A program made the translations under genes and the position numbers. The notes beneath the pieces were generated by a model, which had not been told where the DNA came from, made no database searches, and saw nothing but the letters and a program-made list of their open reading frames with translations. This document shows, in pieces, positions 56,499 through 64,000 of a stretch of DNA of 64,000 nucleotides (position 1 is the first letter of the stretch; every line of letters begins with the position of its first letter). Origin of the DNA: Callorhinchus milii (lineage: Eukaryota); the NCBI RefSeq assembly GCF_018977255.1, contig NW_024704749.1, forward strand, positions 18,972,001 to 19,036,000. Reading direction: 5' to 3'.

Positions 56499-59339
56499 TC
56501 ATTTGACTTCTTTACCCTCATACAAGAGTTCCATCTGCCGCCTCTTATCTTTTGCCCTGAGGATAGTCATCTTAAAGAGCTTACAATATAATTCAACCGC
56601 CGAGGGCGTATCGTCATTGCCTGGAATCGGGTATGTGAGCAGTGATGGGTTGCAGCTTGTGTCCACTATCCCCACCGTGGGGATGTTCATTTTGGCGGCA
56701 TCTCTCACCGCGATGTGCTGCTCGAAGACGTTGTTCATGGTGTTGAGGAAGATGAGGAGGTCGGGCAACCGCACCCCAGGGCTGTACTGTACGTGTGGGT
56801 TGGTCAGGAGGCCTCCCCGCCAGTACCGGGTGTGGCTGTACTCCCCACTCTCCTGCGCTGTGTTTTCAATCAGGTGAGAAAACTGGCGGTTTCGGCTGAC
56901 AAAGAGTATGACCCCTTTTCGGTAAGCGCAGTGAGCTGTGAAGTTCAGCGCCTCCTGCAGCAGCGGCACAGTTTGGTCCAGGTCAATGATGTCTTGCTCC
57001 AGGCGGCAGCCATAGATGTAGCGTTCCATCAGCCTAAGGAGGTAGAGTCAAGATATTTACAGTCAAAACCAACGATCTTTTTAACAAGGAAACAAACTCA
57101 ATCCCGACTAGATCCTCACTCTAACCACTTATCAAAGATCCCACTAAACAGGTGCCAGAAACGCCCCCTCCCCCTCATCTAAACCAGTTACCAGAGATCC
57201 TTACGAACCAGCCACAAGAAACTGTCACTACATTTACAGTAAAAATTCTGTGACTGGTCTGCCCTTCCAGGTCCTGCCGATGAGCTAGGCTGGCTATGCA
57301 GTGCCTTGGAATACTGCAGACCCTCCTGGCTCAGGAACAGACATACTGAGACCACCATAGAGAGCTGGCTCCAAATCCGAATTCTTTTGCCAAGCATGTC
57401 ACCTTGGAGTTCAGCTCCAAGGAGTCCCCGCTTGAGATATATTGACATTGTGGTATGGCAGTATACCAAATGGGTTAGTATCCCACTTACCAGACACCAG
57501 TAATATTGTTGATAGGGACAGCTAACATTGAAACCACAATGTTTGTCAACCTGGCTCAGTTGGAAGCACTCTCACCCCTGAGCCAGAAAGTTGTGGGTTT
57601 AACCCCCATGTTGGGAAGCTCACATTTGAGCCCACAGTCTAGGCTGACACTCCAATGCGGTGCTGCAGGTGGATATCATTGTTAGCTGTAAGAAATATGA
57701 CCCAGGTTTATGCAGCTTGCAGCTACTTAGGGAGTCATTTAGGAGGCAGCAGGTATCCGGAGGAATAGAGGAGTGAAGAACATGACGTACCTGTGACGAC
57801 AGCCCCTCTTGTGGCCGTGGTGCACTCTGGCATCAAAGAGCTCCTTTAGGGAGAAGAGCTCACTCAAGTGGAAAAAATCTGGGTGTTTCAGGGGATTTGT
57901 TAATACAGGATCACCATCATCTGGAACAAAGCATTTCACATCGGAGTCACTTCAAAAGCTGGGAAAGAAGACTCATGGAGTCCTGTTGCGCATTGGTTAG
58001 GGCACTCGCTTCACAAGCGAGAGGAACTAGATTCAATTCCTGGGCAGAGCGAGATCTTAGGCAAATTTCCTTACTCTACGCGCCTCTACACTACACTCTA
58101 CACACAGTAAGTAGGAACCCGGTTGTTAGTTGATTGGCGGATCTATAATCCCTTCAAATTTTTTTTTAAAAACAATAATAATTTGGTCTCTCAATCCACG
58201 ACTGTTTGAGAGACACTGCTGTGCCCAATTGGCTACTGCATTTTGCCCACAAAATACACAGTTAATTCACTATACATTATATTCTGTGAAGTGCTTTGAG
58301 ACGTCTTAACCACGTGATGATAATAATGCAAGGATTATTATCATATATTGTTGTGCAGAGAGCTTGGCTATTGCACTCAACACTGTGAGGCCTCATCACA
58401 AGCAGAGAGAAGTTATTGCATCTGCGAGGCTCATTATGGGACTCACCTGCATCCGGGGTCTTGTGTGAGGACGGCAGCCGGCGTTCCACAGGCACCGCAG
58501 CGTTGCCGTAGAGCCTTTGAGGCAGCCGGTGGCTGGGCAGGCACACGGCACGGCCGGGCCTGAGTGCCAGCACTGAAAGGCAGGAGAGGTCAGAATGAGT
58601 CACCTGCCCCGCCAACCCCTCTCCCTGCAACAGGTTAACCGCCCCCACCCCACCGGCAGTGTTGACTTGGTAGCCCCACAGAAAAGGACTTGGAGCTGAC
58701 TGTCCAGGCTAACCGTCCAGTGCAGTGCTGGGGGAAGCGCTGCATATTGTCAAAGGCCGTCCTTCGTCAGACAGACGTGAAACCGAGGTCCCAATCTGCG
58801 AAGGAACCCGTGGCACACGTTACCCGATGTTACGTTACGTTAGGTTACGACTCGAAAAGAGAAGGGAGTTTCTGCCCTCGCAGCGCGTCGGCCGACCACC
58901 TCCCAGACAAGACCGGTCACTCGCTCAACGCCGCGGGCGAAGGCCGCGCCCGCGAAGACACGCGGCCGGTCAATTCGCTCCACCGCGGCCGGCGCCGGAC
59001 CCTGCGAAGCGCTCTGGAGACGTCTCGAAGAACGTGATAAAGGCGCTGTGTGCCAAGCGCGAGGGCGATAGTATTATTCGCTGTTACACAGTCACTACAC
59101 CTGACAGCAGCTCCCAGGGAAGCTCTATATCGGGGGGTCGGTCCTCCCCAATGACCCACATGACCTTAACCCTTAGCTGCGGCTGGTACAGAGCCCCCCA
59201 CCCTCCCCCCGGGCACCCCCCCGCCCCCCGCCGCGGGGTAGAGGGTTAAAGTCAGTTGCCCTGTTCTAAGCGCCGTAAAAAGAGACGTTAATAAACCCGA
59301 CGCCTCTCCCTCACCTCTCCGGAGGGCAGCGGCGGCCAT
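56499..59339 (-). CDS. MRPS2: Mitochondrial ribosomal protein uS2m, 271 aa, 4 exons
   Basis: Exons 59339-59315, 58572-58447, 57920-57791, 57033-56499 (816 nt, phases consistent). Arg/Ala-rich presequence, [55 protein letters not shown]. Confidence 0.96.
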
Positions 59340-59361
59340 GACAGCCCGAGTCTGTCACTGC

Positions 59362-59602
59362 CTGCAGCGCCACCAGGCGGCGGGAGGACCCGCTGCAGCG
59401 CCACCAGGCGGCGGGAGGACCCGCTGCAGCGCCACAAGCGGGTGGGAGGACCCGCTGCAGCGACACAAGCGGGTGGGAGGACCCGCTGCAGCGCCACCAG
59501 CCGAGTGGGAGGACCCGCTGCAGCGCCACCAGGCGGGTGGGAGGACCCGCTGCAGCGCCACCAGGCGGGTGGGAGGACCCGCTGCAGCGCCACCAGGCGG
59601 TG
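59362..59602. repeat. 31-32 bp GC-rich minisatellite, about 7.6 copies, just upstream of the MRPS2 ATG
   Basis: Unit CTGCAGCGCCACCAGGCGG(C/GT)GGGAGGACCCG starting at 59362, 59393, 59424, 59455, 59486, 59518, 59550 and 59582. Confidence 0.95.
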
Positions 59603-59810
59603 AAAGATGGAGTGGAGTCTGTGATCAGAAGCTCAGGGCCATTTTTGCCTTAAATTATATAATTGGGTTTTATAGCAAAAAAACACAGGTTCATTGGGAA
59701 GGCAGTTCTCCAAAGTTTTTTTTCCCCCAAAATTAACACCGAGTTCCAAACAATTCAACTTCACCTTTTAACATTTTAAGCTAAATTGATTTTTCAAACT
59801 GAGACGACCG

Positions 59811-59812
<2 letters not shown>

Positions 59813-59846
<34 letters not shown>

Positions 59847-60152
59847 CCTCGCATTTGATATAGGGCTTTTCACGTCGGGAGGACGTCCCAAAGTGCTTCA
59901 CAGAACACACTGTAAAGTGAATTGACTGTATATTTGTGGGCGAACGCGGCAGCCGATTGCACACAGCAATGTCCCACAAACAGTCGTGGATTGAAAATGA
60001 CCAATTTATTATTGCTTTTGGTTTTGGAGGGATTATTATTAGGCTCTGTGTGGAGTAAGGAAACTTGCCCGAGGTTTCGCCCTCTGCCTGGAATTGAACT
60101 CAGGTCTCTCACTTGCAAAGCGAGTGCTCTAACCACTGAGCTACAGGACTCC
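59813..60152 (-). mobile_element. Young SINE2-1_CM-like SINE with expanded (TTA)n tail
   Basis: Intact GGAGTCCTGTAGCTCAGTGGTTAGAGC head and about 11 TTA repeats. Confidence 0.9.
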
Positions 60153-60359
60153 AAAGATTAGAAACTCAGTGAGAATAAACGCTCTCTATCGGTATTCAGA
60201 TTCCTCCCTAAAAATGTAACCCATCGGCGGTGCTATCCTTTCCCCTCCTGCCGCCACCCCCATCTCCACCCGCCATCCTCCAGATTTGTTTGGGTCAAGC
60301 GGGTGGGTGTCTGACCCACACGGAAATGCAGCCCCAGTGCTTAAAAGTATGCGAACGTG

Positions 60360-60830
60360 ACTGAGAATTCTACGTGTGGAAATCTCGCTGTGCCTGAAAT
60401 GGAATGCTCACTCTCTCCTCGGACGTCCTGTTTACCTTATTCCCGACAGTATTCAGCACACGTTGACAAAAAGCCAGTGCTTGGGGATCCTAAAGTGTGC
60501 GTTGTTGAAACTGCTGGAATCTAAGCAGCTAAAACTGTACAGCTCGCCGTTGAGAGCATGATCTCAATTGCCATTGAGAGCCGGCTGTCTAGTTAGGGCC
60601 GCCCTACCTGTTAGGGCTTTGGCTTGCAAGGGCTAACAGGAGCTGAGTGGGAAGAATCCCTGACCCGAGTGATTGGTCTGCCCTTCCAAGTCCTGCCGAT
60701 GAGCTCGGCTGAATGATCTGTCATCAACAGTACCCTGGGGTACTGCAGACATGTCTGAGTCAGGAACCAGACTATCGAGACCACCACAATGTTGGCTCAA
60801 TTCCAACATTTTGTTGGCGAACATATCACC
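60360..60830 (+). repeat. Unclassified dispersed repeat (one of about 10 fragments in the window)
   Basis: Shares CTGCTGGA.TCT....CTAAAA, TTGAGAGC, AGGGCTTTGGCTTGCA and GTCCTGCCGATGAGCT motifs with copies at about 6340-6660, 8885-9255(-), 12330-12640(-), 43750-43875, 44575-44810(-) and 57250-57380. Confidence 0.65.
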
Positions 60831-62631
60831 GTGGACCCAATTCCGCCAAAAGGAGACCGCGCCCTCCTCCCCCCAACCCACCCCACCCCACCAAGGAGGA
60901 TATAATAACGAGATGTTAAACTAAGGTCCCGTCTGAATATTAAAGATTGCATGGCAGTACTGGAAAAGATAAGAATTTCTCCCAGTGTCCTGGCCAATAA
61001 AAATAAAAATAGATAAAAATAATCCAGTCACACTACCACCCTCCCCCCAACCCCAAACAAAAAATGTGGCCACTCAATCCACAACGTGTTATTGTTGGTT
61101 TTGCATCAATGAGTGAGTCTCTCGCTGGCTGTCAACGAGGGATCAATGCCTAAAGTTTGTTATTGCTAAAAGATTTCTCCTTAAAGATTGGCACATACTT
61201 TCAACTTACTGAACGTGTTCTGCAGCATTTTAGCAGCTGGACCCTTTCACTTCACCAGCTCCTTGTGTAACTGCAGCCCTTAGGCACATTGTCTAAGAAG
61301 AGAAAAGCTGAAACGAGAAAAGGACATAAGAACATAAGAATCTGCTAAGCGAAAGACCAAGGTCCATCCAGTTCACCTTCCATCAACCTAGCACTCGCTT
61401 GCACAGGTCATGTCCCAAACTTTATATTGAAAAGTTGGGGACACGATATATGAATTTGATTGCCAGGATGGTGGAAAGATATCTCCCTTGGCCTAAGTAT
61501 ATATATATATCGATATACTCTATATACTGTATCTCTGACCCAAGGGACCCCAAACACATCGTCCTTTGGATAGGGGTCTGAACAATTTGTTCCTATAAGT
61601 TTTCTAAAAGGCAAAGGTTGCAAACTCTGGAATACCCCACCATCTCTAACATCCAGCCTCATGCATCTGAAATGTTTACCATTCTTAGCACCATGGAGTC
61701 CTGTAGTGTAGTGGTTAGAGCACTCGCCTCGCAATCGAGAGGTTTGATTCCCAGATGGGGCAAAACCTTTGGCAAGTTTCCTTACTTCACACCCCTGTAA
61801 GTAAAATCCCAGTTGCTAGTCGATTGGCGGATCGTTTTCCGGGGGTAATATTCCCTCTTATATGTGAAAAAAAATGTGGTCACTGAATACCACGACTGTT
61901 TGTGGGACACTGTTGTGTGTTGTGTGTTTGGCTGCCACGTTTTGCCCACGAAATATACCATCAATTCACTTTACAATATATTCTGTGAAGATCTTTGAGA
62001 CGTCTCTGTGATGTGATAAGGTGCTATTTCACATGCAAGGATTGTTATTAGTATCATCTTTACCCCCTTAACTTTCCTCATCTTTTCTTCCTCCATAGGT
62101 TCTTTACCTAAATGGACTTTACCTTAGCACTTTACTTTAGCACTTTATCTAAATGGCCATTCTTTATGAACCTGCCTAATGCCATGTGTTTTGAAGCGAG
62201 CATTCCCACCCACCTCTGGTTCAAGAGATCGCGGAAGGTGTGGGAGTGGGGGGATGGATGGAGGTGAGGGAGGGGGAGATTGAAGGGGAGAAGTGGGGAG
62301 GGAAAAGGTTGATTGAGGGAGGAGGGATGCAAGGAGTGAGGGGTGGAAGTGGTTGAGAGAGTGGGGTGGGGGTTGGAAGGGGTGAGGGAGGGGGGGGGGA
62401 ATTGAAGAGGGGAGGGATGGAAGGGGAGAGGGAGGGAAGGAGGGGGAGGGAAGGGGTTACTAAAGGGCACTTGGATGTGGGATGGTGGTTGGAATAAAAG
62501 TGGTGGAGCCAGTTGCACTGCTGATGCGGAAGTTTGAGAGTATGCATTTAAGTGTGAGTGAGTGAGTGAGTGAGTGAGCTCGGGTTACCTGATAGCAGGT
62601 GAGGCACTGGACAGCAACACTCAACGCTCAG

Positions 62632-64000
62632 ATGGCTCTCGATTTACAGAACCCAAGTAAGTAAATCTCATTTCAAAATGCCTGGGATTTCGTCTCGGTG
62701 AGAGATACGTTCTTGAAGCGATGGGAGTCGCTGGTGGGATGTAGGGCAGGAATATTGTACTCTATTTCCTAATTGCTATACAGGAATGTTAGTACTGTGT
62801 CCTTCACTGACTTAGGACTATAAAACACCCCTTTCCTCTCAAGGCGTTTATGTTTAAGGTGATTCCTAAATTAGAAATTCCACCTGGGTTCAGATTAACT
62901 CTCCTTTTTTCTTGTTGGCATTTCAAGGAGTTTTCACTGGCAAACTGTTAAATTTAGTCTTAATTCTGAAGCTCCCCCCACCCTCCCCGCAAATAATAAT
63001 CTTACATTTGATAAAGCGCCTTTCGCATTGCGGGGATGTCTTGCAAACTTCCCACTGTTTGACCCACCCTACCCATCAGGGCTTTGTTTTTTTGTTTAAG
63101 GGTTAACAGGAGATTTATGGGAATAATAATAATAATCCTTGCATTTGATATAGCGCCTTATCATGTCTAAGAGACGTTTCAAAGCGCTTCACAGCATATA
63201 CTGTAGAGTGAATTGACTGCCTATTTTGTGGGCAAAACCCGGCAGCCAATTGCACACAGCAGTGACCCACAAACAGTGGTGGATTGAGTGACCAAATTAT
63301 TATTATTTCTGAAGGGATTATTACCCCCAGAAAAGCGATCCGATAAATAACCAGGTTCCTGCATGCTGCTAAGTAAACAGAGGTGTGTGGAGTAAGGAAA
63401 TTTGCCGAACGTTTCTCCCTGCCCGGTAATCCTAATCGCTGCGTATTTTTATGGGTAAACACAGTAGCCAATTATACACACAGCAATGTCGCGCAAACAG
63501 CCGTGAATTTTAATAACCAATTTTATTTGGGGGTTTGTTGGCCAGAACCCCAGGAAAGAAACTCGCTTCTTTTTTTGAATCGTGTCATGAGATCGTTAAA
63601 GTCCACCCCTGGCAATTCAGCAACCCCCCCCCAAAACCTATATGAGTATCAGCTTTGACTGTAATGATGGCGTATGTTTGGTACAGGGCAAGAGTTACCA
63701 GGCAATCAGACGGCAGAGGCGACAGACGGCTCCTTCAGCTCCGAGAGCAACTCCTGCAGACGTGGGCTGGATGCGGGCGGCTCTGACCCCGTCCCTACTC
63801 CCCCCTCCCCGGACGCAGGCTCGCCGCGGCACGAGGACTCTGATTATCTGCCCTCCCTCAAGCTGGCCTGCGTCCTGGCCTGTGTCTTCCTCTCCGTCAC
63901 TTTCCTGCTGGTTTCCAGCGGCACCAACAACACCATTAGCCGCTCGAGCCACGCCAACGCCAGCAAACAGAGGCTGTTTGGTCACAAACTCAACCGACTG
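62632..64000 (+). CDS. Unidentified single-pass (probably type II) membrane protein, 5' part, runs off the window
   Basis: Exon 62632-62656 (ATG..CCAA|GTAAGT, phase 1) joins in frame to an exon starting 63687 (TACAG|GG), open for 104 codons to the window end: [115 protein letters not shown]-rich third positions and one hydrophobic segment. Confidence 0.6.

Noticed and set aside
60080-60152. tRNA gene-like sequences (also about 14575-14640, 36150-36210, 53810-53878, 61694-61755)
   Set aside because: They are SINE heads, continuous with the SINE body and tail, without a proper acceptor stem or terminator.
60685-60720. Hammerhead ribozyme-like CTGCCGATGAG in the unclassified repeat
   Set aside because: Lacks the CTGANGA core and a correctly placed GAAA with flanking stems.

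Overview
Eukaryotic, intron-containing vertebrate DNA. The repeat landscape (tRNA-headed Deu-core SINEs with L2-type tails, SacSINE1-like SINEs, CR1 and L2 fragments) points to a cartilaginous fish, probably a chimaera; this is an inference. Hand-spliced models with GT-AG junctions and consistent phases give: POLE3 (-, 151 aa); a 12-exon C9orf43/DUF4647-like gene (-, 657 aa); AGPAT2 (-, 268 aa); DIPK1B/FAM69B (+, 431 aa); a spliced, apparently non-coding SNHG7-like host gene (-) with two intronic SNORA17-family H/ACA snoRNAs; MRPS2 (-, 271 aa); and the 5' part of an unidentified single-pass membrane protein gene (+) that runs off the window. Main points of interest: the AGPAT2-DIPK1B-SNHG7/SNORA17x2 arrangement seen in human appears present here; the C9orf43-like gene is co-oriented with POLE3 rather than head-to-head; a 31-32 bp tandem array of CTCF-like motifs abuts the MRPS2 start; and nearly every promoter is flanked by its own tandem repeat. 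Most long ORFs in the supplied track are low-complexity repeat artefacts. All homology calls rest on recalled sequences, not database searches.
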